Shown here piece by piece: positions 55,895 through 64,000 of a stretch of 64,000 bases of DNA. The notes beneath the pieces are model-generated. The model saw only the letters and a list, made by a program, of their open reading frames with translations. It was not told where the DNA came from and did not search any database. Position 1 is the stretch's first letter. Every line of letters begins with the position of its first letter. The DNA comes from Dehalococcoidia bacterium. GTDB lineage: Bacteria; Chloroflexota; Dehalococcoidia; Lucifugimonadales; JADFKI01. The DNA is taken from positions 1,123,704-1,187,703 of the forward strand of contig OZ241333.1 in assembly GCA_965200085.1 (NCBI GenBank), given 5' to 3'. The position numbers and the translations under genes were made by a program.

Positions 55895-55914
55895 ATTCCC
55901 AACGTTATTCCCAA
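55895..55914 (+). promoter_or_regulatory. direct repeat ATTCCCAA x2 (12-bp period), 29-48 nt upstream of the DUF1800 start
   Basis: ATTCCCAACGTTATTCCCAAGTTT; the same core as the repeat at 47577..47598. Confidence 0.35.
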
Positions 55915-56139
55915 GTTTGAGTTCGACTCTTTACCTAGTAATCGATCAATTGGCAGTAAAGTAATCGCCGCGCAATTTATCATTTTCAGTATATGAAGCG
56001 AGGCACATCGTGTCAAACCCTTTTTCCAACAAACTGACTATAACTAATTCTTATTCTGTACATTGTCGTCATCCACTCATATAATCCTTGTAATCCTTTA
56101 ATCTTCACAGGAGTAACAATACTGGGGAGGTATTGATAA

Positions 56140-56892
56140 ATGTCTGACTCTGAACGCCGCCTAGAAGGCAAAGTAGCAGTGATTACGGGAGCGGGTAGAG
56201 GCATAGGTCGTGCGATTGCCCTTGGTTATGCGGCAGAAGGTGCATCTATATGCTGCGCCGCCCGCACTCTCTCTGAAATAGAAGATGTGGTTCAACAGAT
56301 TACAAACGAAGGCAGCAGCGCGATTGCTGTGCAAGCCGATGTAACGTGCCTGGAAGAAGTCGAGCGCCTGTTTAACGCAGCGGCAGACAGGTTCGGAGGC
56401 GTCGACATAGTAGTTATAAATGCAGGGGGCAACCTTGAGGGCGGCAGAATTGAAGACAGCGATGCTGACGCCTGGACGGCGACCATAGACCTTAACCTCA
56501 AAGGCGCATATTATACTGCCAAGAGCGCTATACCGCATCTCAGACAACGTGGAGGCGGCAAGATAATCACAATGGGATCCGGTATTGGGCACAACGGCCG
56601 AGTCAGTGCGTCCGCGTATGCCTGCGCCAAGGCAGGTTCCTGGATGCTGACTCGCGTGCTCGCTCAGGAGCTGTGGGAGCACAACATCAGCGTGAACGAA
56701 CTTGTTCCGGGTCCGGTACTTACACCGGGAGCGATTGCCTCGTGGGAGCGAGAAGAAAGCGGAGTGGATACCATCAACAGCGAATGGGTTAAAGAGGCGG
56801 AGGATGTCTTGCCTCTCGCGCTTTTCCTCGCAATTCAGCCCGACAAGGGACCTACAGCCCAGAGCTTCAGCCTAATGCGCCGTGACACTTAG
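56140..56892 (+). CDS. SDR family oxidoreductase
   Basis: VAVITGAGRGIGRAIA, NAG and YACAK catalytic pattern. A consensus TATAAT lies at 56080..56085. Confidence 0.9.
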   Translation: MSDSERRLEGKVAVITGAGRGIGRAIALGYAAEGASICCAARTLSEIEDVVQQITNEGSSAIAVQADVTCLEEVERLFNAAADRFGGVDIVVINAGGNLEGGRIEDSDADAWTATIDLNLKGAYYTAKSAIPHLRQRGGGKIITMGSGIGHNGRVSASAYACAKAGSWMLTRVLAQELWEHNISVNELVPGPVLTPGAIASWEREESGVDTINSEWVKEAEDVLPLALFLAIQPDKGPTAQSFSLMRRDT

Positions 56893-57109
56893 ACTTCAGG
56901 GTAAGCCATGCTAAACGGAATGCCAGCACATCGGTAATACTACCGAATTTTGGGACGGACGCCTGTCCGACAGTCCATAAGATTGGGATAATGAACGTTG
57001 CTGTGTTCACATTTCATCACGGTGGCGCCGTGAATCTGACTTGTTTGGCAGCGCATGGTTAATAGCTTTTCCGGTTAGTATCATAATCACAGGTTAACGA
57101 CGAAAGTAT

Positions 57110-57796
57110 ATGAACACCTGCCGCATTATCTCGTTGGGGATGGTTGATTTCCGAGCGGCTTACGATTTGCAGCGGAGACTGCATGCTGATGTAGTCGCGG
57201 GCAATCTTTCTGACTTGCTGCTCCTGCTGGAACATCCGCATATCTACACACTGGGGCGCAGAGGCAAGCGGGAGCACATTCTTGCATCTGAGGATACGCT
57301 CACGCGTCTGGGCGTCGAGACTCGTTTTACCGACAGGGGCGGGGAGGTAACCTATCACGGGCCTGGCCAGCTTGTCGGATACCCTATCATCGACCTGCGG
57401 CGCTGGGGCGGCGGCGTACGCAAGTATGTAGATACGCTGGAGCAAGTCCTCATCGATGCACTATCAGAGTGTGGTATTGCTGCTTATAACGAGGGAAAGC
57501 CGACAGGCGTTTGGGTCGGTGATGCGAAGATTGCCGCGCTCGGAGTGCGCGTGAGCCGCAGTGTAACGATGCATGGTTTTGCGCTCAATGTATGCACGGA
57601 TTTGTCCATGTTTGACTACATCGTGCCGTGTGGAATGCCTGATGGGCGTGCTACTTCTATTGAGCAGGAACTTGGGCGTCAAGTCTCAATGCCTGATGTC
57701 GAGTCTGTGGTGGCTCACGCATTTGCTGGAGGATTCGGGGTTTCCCTTGATTTCAGCAGCCTTGCGAAGTATGAAAGCTCGGAAGTCTTGTCATAG
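57110..57796 (+). CDS. lipB: octanoyltransferase (lipoyl(octanoyl) transferase)
   Basis: LLLEHPHIYTLGRRGK, RGGEVTYHGPGQLVGYPI and KIAALGVRV. Confidence 0.9.
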   Translation: MNTCRIISLGMVDFRAAYDLQRRLHADVVAGNLSDLLLLLEHPHIYTLGRRGKREHILASEDTLTRLGVETRFTDRGGEVTYHGPGQLVGYPIIDLRRWGGGVRKYVDTLEQVLIDALSECGIAAYNEGKPTGVWVGDAKIAALGVRVSRSVTMHGFALNVCTDLSMFDYIVPCGMPDGRATSIEQELGRQVSMPDVESVVAHAFAGGFGVSLDFSSLAKYESSEVLS

Positions 57797-57841
57797 GGTC
57801 TTGCGTTGGGTGATGACTGCCTAGCTGCCTAGGATGGCTGA

Positions 57842-58744
57842 TTATAGGAAATGCCCTCTCATTCTTGGGTCCAGATAATCACGGAGCGCGTCTCCTATTA
57901 GCACAACTGCGAGAACCGTAAGCGTCAGGAATACTCCGGGGAAGAAGGATATCCAGAAAGCGACCTGTACATATCCTTTGCCTGTCGCGACGATGTTGCC
58001 CCAAGTCGGGATGAACTCCGGCACGCCTGCTCCAAGGAAGCTGAGGCTTGCTTCAGCAAGTATAGCCGTTGCTAGTGTGAAGGTCGCCTGCACCATTACG
58101 ATACCAAAGGTGTTAGGTGCGATGTGCAGCAGCAGAATGCGCCATACCGGAGAGCCGATAGCCCGAGCTGCTTCAACGAACTGCTCCTCGCGCAGACTTA
58201 GCACTTGCCCTCTTACCAGCCGCACTTTGCTTGCGGTGCCCGTTACCGACAGAGCGATGATGACATTGGTTACACTTCCGCCCAGCAATGCTATAAGGGC
58301 GAGTGCAAGCAGTATTGTGGGAAAGGCGAGCAGACCATCTACGAACCGCATTAGGATGTGGTCTAAGATTCTGAAATATCCTGCGAATAGCGCGATTATG
58401 AGGCCAAGAACGACGGATACCACGGTTACTGCAAAGCCTACATAGAGCGAGATCCGACTTCCTGCTATCACCCTGTCGAACACATCTCTTCCGAATGCAT
58501 CAGTGCCGAACCAGTGCTCTGATGACGGCGGCAGTCTCAGATCTGTTGTGGTCTGAGTGTAATCCGAGCGTACTATGACTGGGGAGAACACGGTCATGAG
58601 GAGTATCGCAGAGAGTATCACCACGCCCAACAGCACATTAGGGTTGCTTCGCGTAATGACGAGAAAGGCATTGAGGCTGCGGCGCACGCGGGCGCCCGCG
58701 CTTGGCGCCAGCCTGATAGAAGGCTCTTGCTGCTGTGTGTCCAT
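57842..58744 (-). CDS. ABC transporter permease (DppC/OppC-like)
   Basis: EAA-loop region (SLREEQFVEAARAIGSP) and 6 TM segments. Overlaps the upstream permease gene by 1 nt. Confidence 0.9.
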   Translation of the reverse strand: MDTQQQEPSIRLAPSAGARVRRSLNAFLVITRSNPNVLLGVVILSAILLMTVFSPVIVRSDYTQTTTDLRLPPSSEHWFGTDAFGRDVFDRVIAGSRISLYVGFAVTVVSVVLGLIIALFAGYFRILDHILMRFVDGLLAFPTILLALALIALLGGSVTNVIIALSVTGTASKVRLVRGQVLSLREEQFVEAARAIGSPVWRILLLHIAPNTFGIVMVQATFTLATAILAEASLSFLGAGVPEFIPTWGNIVATGKGYVQVAFWISFFPGVFLTLTVLAVVLIGDALRDYLDPRMRGHFL

Positions 58745-59685
58745 TAGTATCTAATCCTCGGGTCGAGGTAGGCATACGTAATGTCGATGATAAGGTTGAT
58801 CAGCACATACGCGGTAGCCACTACTATCATCAGGGCTTGGATTATGGGAAAGTCCCTACGGATAATCGCTTCTATGAGCATTCTGCCCAGCCCCGGAATC
58901 GCGAAGATAGACTCGGTAACTACAAAGCCGGTAGCCAGGCTTGCGAGCGAGGCGCCTATGACGGTTACGACCGGTATGGATGCAGGGCGGAATGCATGGC
59001 GCATGTACACTATGAGTTCTTGCAGTCCCTTTGCGCGAGCGGTTCGGACATAGTCTTCACGGAGGACATCCAACATCGCGGAGCGGGTAATTCTTGATAT
59101 GAAAGCTGATGACAGGATGCTGTTGACTGCAACCGGCAAGAACATGCTGTGCAAGTGCGGCAACAGCCCATCACCGATAGGTCGGTATCCGAGCGCAGGA
59201 AACCAGCCGAGATTTACGGACAGCACCCAGATTAGAATGAACGCGAGCCAGAAGCCGGGCGCTGAAAAACCTAGCACCGCAAAGAACATAAAGCCGCGAT
59301 CCACAGGCGTTCCTGCCTTCCATGCCGATATGATACCTATGGATACACCGAGCAGTGTGGATAATACGATGACCTGAATGCCCAAGGAAATAGTTGGCTG
59401 CAGGCGCGGAGCCATTAGTTCCGTTATTGATCTTTTGGAGAATATGGAAGTTCCAAGGTCTCCTCGAGCAAGGCGAGAAATCCACCTGACAAACTGTATG
59501 TGGATTGGCTGGTCGGTGCCAAGTTCGCTGCGGATGCGCTGCAAGTCTTCCACTGTAGCTTCATCGCCGCCGATAATCGCTGCGGGGTCGCCAGGGGCGA
59601 TGTGGATTATGGAAAAGGTGATTATCCCGACGACTGCTATGACAGGTATGGCGGACACGATACGAACCAGTGTATATCGCCACAT
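58744..59685 (-). CDS. ABC transporter permease (DppB/OppB-like)
   Basis: YVRTARAKGL motif; 313 aa. Confidence 0.9.
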   Translation of the reverse strand: MWRYTLVRIVSAIPVIAVVGIITFSIIHIAPGDPAAIIGGDEATVEDLQRIRSELGTDQPIHIQFVRWISRLARGDLGTSIFSKRSITELMAPRLQPTISLGIQVIVLSTLLGVSIGIISAWKAGTPVDRGFMFFAVLGFSAPGFWLAFILIWVLSVNLGWFPALGYRPIGDGLLPHLHSMFLPVAVNSILSSAFISRITRSAMLDVLREDYVRTARAKGLQELIVYMRHAFRPASIPVVTVIGASLASLATGFVVTESIFAIPGLGRMLIEAIIRRDFPIIQALMIVVATAYVLINLIIDITYAYLDPRIRY

Positions 59686-59824
59686 CCGCCTAATTACGCT
59701 CCTTCGCCGATAGTTGTTGCAATATGCTGAATGGTAGCGGGTCGCTCAAAAACCATTCGTGGTCGGGGGCAGTTTCGTATATGCCCCCGACCGATTTATC
59801 TACTTGCCAATGTGATGATTAGAC

Positions 59825-61681
59825 TTATTCTATGATCCACTTGTCGAATGGCTTCTGCTGCGCTGATCCACCGTTGACGATTCCTTGAACTTTGGTGCTT
59901 GCCGCCCATCGGCTGAAGAACTCGCCGATTTGCAGGAATATTGCGTCCTCATAGAAGTGCTCATGAAATTCGTTGTTCAGCGCTATCTGCTCTTCCTCCG
60001 TAGTGGCGCGTGCCAGTCGGGAGTATATTTCTCTCTGCTTTTCGGTCGTGTCCTGATAGTTATTAAACCAGGCATCGTACTGAAGCTCAGAGAACAGCAG
60101 GTGCCCGACAGGACCTGACCTTACTGTTACGCCGCTCCATGTGTGGAAGAACTCCCAGTCATCGGGGCGAGCGCGCTGAGAGACCATGGTAGCCCAGTCC
60201 ATGACCTGAAAATCAACATCAAAGCCGAGCGCCGTCAGCACTTCGCGGCTGACCTGCGCTGCGGCGTGCGCGGGCTGTCTATCCGCCGGATCCATAAGGC
60301 GTACATGCGCTCCGGTTACGCCTGCTTCTGCCAGAAGCTGCTTAGCTTCTTCTAAGTTCTGCGCATAGTAGAATCCGTCAGATCCTGATGTGGTTTCCCA
60401 CTTGGTTCCGCACTGGAGCAGAGAAGGGCACAGGCGGGTGAAAGCAGGATCGCCTGTTGCGAGCGTTAATGCCTTCTGATTGTCATAGGCTTTGACCATT
60501 GCCTGCCGCGCCAGCTTGTTATCGAATGGCGGTCGCACATGGTTGAAGTGCCCCAACAACCTGAATGGCGGGTTGTCATAGAGAGAAACTTCCGGGTCTG
60601 CTTCAAGCCTTGAGAGAAGTTCTGCCGGGAATTCCTGGACTATGTGGACTTCACGAGTTTGCAGGGCTGCCACGCGGGTGGTCTGGTCCGGCACTTCGAT
60701 GTACACCATTCTGTCCACATACGCGGTATGCCCGCCCGAAGTTCCGTTCGCAGGGGTCGGATGCGGGCTGTAATCCTCGTATCTCACAGCGCTCCAGCGG
60801 TCTCCTGGGAGCCACTCTTCGAAAATGAAGGGGCCTGTTCCGTTGGGAGGACCTTCCGCAGATTCGTTCGCAGTGTAGTTGTCATACCAGTCAGACGTTA
60901 CGAGGCGCGGGCCAAATCCCTGTGGACCTATGGCGTCAATAACAAGACCGGTGCCCTCTTTAAGGTTCAAGCTAAAGTGCAGGTCGTCTTCAATTGTGAA
61001 AAACTCTTCAAATTCGCCTGAGCCTGCGCCGAACTCATTCCTGACGAGCCTCAGGATTGGGGCACGGTCCTTTTGACGGTTGAGGGTTCCACGCACTTGC
61101 TCTGTAGTCAGGGGAGTTCCGTCGTGGAATTTGATGCCATCTCGGATCCTGAATGTCCACGAGAGATTGTCGTCGCTGCTCTCCCAGCTCTCGATCAGCA
61201 GGGGACCAATTCCGTAGTCGCTCGTGTACTCAAAGAGCCCTTCGAGTATGGTATTGGACACGTTTCCGGTACCTGATGCAGTCGTCCATAGAGGGTCGAA
61301 TGACTGAATGCTGCCCGCTGCCACTATGCGCAGAGTTCCACCATATTGCGCTTCGTCTGAGGAAGCCATCATTGCAGGGCGTCTGGTCTGCTGCTGAGGC
61401 ACAGGTGCGAGTTGCGGCGACTGAGGTGTAGGGAGCGCTTGGACTGCCGCCGGCGCTGCGGGAGCTGCAGGCGCCGGAAGTGCTGGCGCTACGGGCATAG
61501 CGGGCGCTTGTGCTGCGGGAGCCGCGGGCGCTTGTACAGGCGCCGGTGCGACGGCGGGCGCTTGTACAGGCGCCGGTTGCTGCACTGGCGCAGCTGTGGA
61601 ACAGGCAATTGCCCCAACCGCCATTATGGATACTAAAATCAGAAGCAGAGATAATGCCTTACTCCTTGATAATTTCCGCAT
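59825..61681 (-). CDS. ABC transporter substrate-binding lipoprotein (family 5, peptide/nickel type) with an Ala/Pro-rich linker
   Basis: Signal peptide ending ...GAIAC, about 70 aa of an AP(V/Q) low-complexity tether, then an SBP_bac_5-like body. RBS AAGGAG. Confidence 0.9.
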   Translation of the reverse strand: MRKLSRSKALSLLLILVSIMAVGAIACSTAAPVQQPAPVQAPAVAPAPVQAPAAPAAQAPAMPVAPALPAPAAPAAPAAVQALPTPQSPQLAPVPQQQTRRPAMMASSDEAQYGGTLRIVAAGSIQSFDPLWTTASGTGNVSNTILEGLFEYTSDYGIGPLLIESWESSDDNLSWTFRIRDGIKFHDGTPLTTEQVRGTLNRQKDRAPILRLVRNEFGAGSGEFEEFFTIEDDLHFSLNLKEGTGLVIDAIGPQGFGPRLVTSDWYDNYTANESAEGPPNGTGPFIFEEWLPGDRWSAVRYEDYSPHPTPANGTSGGHTAYVDRMVYIEVPDQTTRVAALQTREVHIVQEFPAELLSRLEADPEVSLYDNPPFRLLGHFNHVRPPFDNKLARQAMVKAYDNQKALTLATGDPAFTRLCPSLLQCGTKWETTSGSDGFYYAQNLEEAKQLLAEAGVTGAHVRLMDPADRQPAHAAAQVSREVLTALGFDVDFQVMDWATMVSQRARPDDWEFFHTWSGVTVRSGPVGHLLFSELQYDAWFNNYQDTTEKQREIYSRLARATTEEEQIALNNEFHEHFYEDAIFLQIGEFFSRWAASTKVQGIVNGGSAQQKPFDKWIIE

Positions 61682-62148
61682 TTGTAAATACTCCTTTGGA
61701 CTTTAATGTAATTCTCTATATCGGAAGTGTATGACCGACACTCATCAGATATAGGATAGATTTAAGCAATTATGAGGGTTTATCCGTTGAGTAGTCAATA
61801 TGAATATGATGCAGCAGTCGCCATGTGAGAGCGATGTCTAAGAAAATAAGTGTGCGACGATTGTGGAATCATGGGAAGGTATGGAAATGCGCCAAATCCG
61901 ATCATCCCCCTCTTATGAGTAGGGTGTAGGAGTAGAGAGAGTATGGACGGAATACTAAACAGAGCCGGAACTGCCACAGCGATTGTGAATTGCAGGGGAT
62001 GGTCGGAGGCTTGGGCAGATGCGTAGATGATTTTGGCAGTAGTCTGCGCTGTTCTACTGATGAACCTATTCCACTTGTGAAACGGTTGCTTCCTGCGCCT
62101 ACTAATCACTGACAAACATTCGTTAGTGAGTGTACAATGTAGCAAGGC

Positions 62149-62224
62149 GCCCCTGTAGCTCAGGAGGATAGAGCAACGGTTTCCTAAACCGTGTGCCCCG
62201 GTTCGAGTCCGGGCAGGGGTACCA
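62149..62224 (+). tRNA. tRNA-Arg (anticodon CCT), CCA encoded
   Basis: Hand-folded cloverleaf: acceptor GCCCCTG/CAGGGGT (G1-U72), D stem GCTC/GAGC, anticodon stem ACGGT/ACCGT with loop TTCCTAA, T arm CCCGG-TTCGAGT-CCGGG. 76 nt. Confidence 0.85.
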
Positions 62225-62293
62225 TACATCGCCTCAACGACTGTCCCATGACCCCATTGCTTGCCCGGCGCGATTTCTGTGTATGTCGTGTGC

Positions 62294-62914
62294 CTATTCC
62301 AGCCAAGACACGATAGTCTGTGACGGCTTACGCCTGGAAGTTGGAGCGTTTGCCGGCTGACCAATGAACAGCGCGCCGACCATTGCCCATTCTTCTTCCG
62401 CGCCCAGCGCTTCGGAGAGCTTCGGATGCTTGGTTACTGACCCCGTGCTCCAGTCCAGAACCAGACCTTCTGCTACGGCGGCGAGTGCCATATTGTGTAC
62501 CGCACAGCAGACTGATGCGTAGTTTTCCTGTGTTGTTTCTTCGTCTCGTCCCGGCACGCTGTACGCATAGATCATCGCGGGAGCGTTGAGCACGCGGCTC
62601 TTGCTTGCGTCCGCGGAGCTTTGCTTCTGATTGGGGTTGGGATTGGCAACATTATCGTAGGTAAACTGCCATGCTAAGTCTGCTGCTTTCTCACGCGCTG
62701 AACTGCCTTTCTCCAACACAAAAAACCGCCATGGTTCCGTCAGGCGGTGATTTGGCGCCCATATAGCTGCGTCAAACATTCGGTTGAGGACTTCACGTGA
62801 GACGTCTGCGCCGGTGAACTCCTTTGTCATCCGCCTTCCAAAGATGGCTTCGTACACCGATGTCTGCGTAGATGGAATCGACACTTCTCTGCTGTTAATA
62901 GTGTTTGTGGTCAT
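62294..62914 (-). CDS. nitroreductase family protein
   Basis: WAPNHRLTEPWRFFVL motif; 206 aa. Confidence 0.85.
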   Translation of the reverse strand: MTTNTINSREVSIPSTQTSVYEAIFGRRMTKEFTGADVSREVLNRMFDAAIWAPNHRLTEPWRFFVLEKGSSAREKAADLAWQFTYDNVANPNPNQKQSSADASKSRVLNAPAMIYAYSVPGRDEETTQENYASVCCAVHNMALAAVAEGLVLDWSTGSVTKHPKLSEALGAEEEWAMVGALFIGQPANAPTSRRKPSQTIVSWLE

Positions 62915-63284
62915 ATTGTCCTCTCATCTGGTGGATATGATGATTCAATTATTGGCCGTTGGCGAGTACAGCATAGTACCTGCAGGGCGAACCCGCGACT
63001 CTAACCTATACTAATGTTTAGTATTAATATACACACATTATATTAAGTGTCAATTATAAGACTAAATTGCATCATTGCCGAATGGGTAAATACGCATTAG
63101 CCAAGTGTGCGAATTATGATAGCAGGCGCTGATGTTTGATAGTGTCAATCGTACCGCTTTGCATAAGAGATTATTTTTCAAATAACTCTGGACTACCCCT
63201 TTAACCGGTGTAATCATAATTATAGAGTGTGAACAGTGAGCTACATAAAAGTAGCTTGAAAATAATGACAGGAGAGGTTTTTAT

Positions 63285-63788
63285 ATGAAACTGAGCACTA
63301 CTTTACAGGAATCTTTCAATGATCAGATTAACGCGGAACTTGCGTCGGCATACCTGTATTTGTCAATGGCGGCGTACTTTGAGGACCTGAATCTGCCCGG
63401 GTTCGCTCACTGGATGCGCCTGCAGAACGAAGAGGAGACTGCTCACGCGATGCGCTTCTTCGATTATGTGCATGATCGGGGCGGGCGCGCTACGCTACAA
63501 GGAATCGCAGAGCCGGCATCGGACTTTCGCAGCCCGTTAGATGCAATGGAGCGCACACTGGATCACGAGCGCAAGGTTACGGCGCTCATCAATCGTATGT
63601 ACCAACTCGCAATCGAAGAGAGCGACTACGCCGCGCAGGTCATGCTGCATGAACTTATCAACGAGCAGGTCGAAGAAGAGAAGACAGCAGAGGAGATTGT
63701 GGAACACCTGCGCATAATCGATGGGGACGGCAGCGGTTTGCTGCTGCTAGACGCGCGGCTGGGCGACAGAACGGCAGGGGAGGAGTAG
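63285..63788 (+). CDS. ferritin (non-heme, Ftn-like)
   Basis: ELASAYLYLSMAAYF...EEETAHAMRFFDY ferroxidase-centre pattern; 167 aa. RBS AGGAGAGG. Confidence 0.9.
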   Translation: MKLSTTLQESFNDQINAELASAYLYLSMAAYFEDLNLPGFAHWMRLQNEEETAHAMRFFDYVHDRGGRATLQGIAEPASDFRSPLDAMERTLDHERKVTALINRMYQLAIEESDYAAQVMLHELINEQVEEEKTAEEIVEHLRIIDGDGSGLLLLDARLGDRTAGEE

Positions 63789-63880
63789 AATTACTGCCGA
63801 TCTCCTTGGAGCGCATAAAAGACACTCATAAACGACACCGGTAATTTATTTAGCAGGCTTTAGGCGCTGCGCCGCAAATG

Positions 63881-63919
63881 AAAACCATGCCCTCTGTATC
63901 ACAAGGGGCATGGTTTTTT
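63881..63919 (+). terminator. intrinsic terminator of the ferritin gene
   Basis: AAAACCATGCCC-13-nt loop-GGGCATGGTTTT, followed by a run of T. Confidence 0.65.
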
Positions 63920-64000
63920 GTGTCTCAAATCTTTCCAATTGGTTAGTTTGATATATGTGAGAAATATAAAATAATGTGTTGACATATCAAAATCACCTAT

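Noticed and set aside
61795-62364. 189-aa minus-strand ORF.
   Set aside because: It runs antisense straight through the tRNA-Arg gene and overlaps the nitroreductase 3' end.
63947-64000. Inverted repeat TTTGATAT/ATATCAAA and a TTGACA at the extreme 3' end of the window.
   Set aside because: The downstream context is cut off by the window edge, so it cannot be interpreted.

Overview
No similarity searches were run. All calls come from reading the sequence, recognising motifs in the supplied ORF translations, and hand-checking start sites, hairpins and repeats. The window is a 64-kb bacterial chromosomal segment with about 50 protein genes, one tRNA, one intact IS element, and no rRNA or CRISPR. 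Gene content: glyA (partial), rnc, a contiguous nitrogen-assimilation block (amt, glnII, glnA, gltB, gltD), hpt, an MrfA/YprA-type helicase, rny, plsY, aspS, lipB and ferritin. Interspersed are paralog-rich catabolic families: a luciferase-like monooxygenase, a fused double CaiB CoA-transferase, a thiolase+DUF35 pair, two nitroreductases, an enoyl-CoA hydratase, an SDR, three leaderless Cys-type sulfatases and a DUF1800/DUF1501/NHL set. This mix, plus RNase Y, fits a marine Chloroflexota (SAR202-like) genome; that is inference only. Strongest second-look items: (1) A DsbA/FrnE-like gene whose real N-terminus (missed by the ORF track) carries an in-frame TGA exactly at the catalytic Cys position, with a SECIS-like hairpin just downstream; this is a candidate selenoprotein. 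(2) Arrays of GTAAC/GAAAC-type pentamers phased at 11 bp upstream of amt and again upstream of glnII. (3) A signal-peptide-less sulfatase/DUF1501/DUF1800/NHL island with a shared A(A/T)TCCCAA direct-repeat motif in its divergent promoter regions. (4) A 1195-aa protein with three zinc ribbons, a GT-C domain and two PA14 domains, sitting 8 nt downstream of the fused double CaiB. (5) A TAT-less reductive-dehalogenase/QueG-like Fe-S protein. (6) An IS4-family insertion whose 11-bp target duplication carries the -35 box of the rny promoter. (7) A perfect 15-bp palindrome encoding two divergent extended -10 promoters between hpt and a DUF503 gene.
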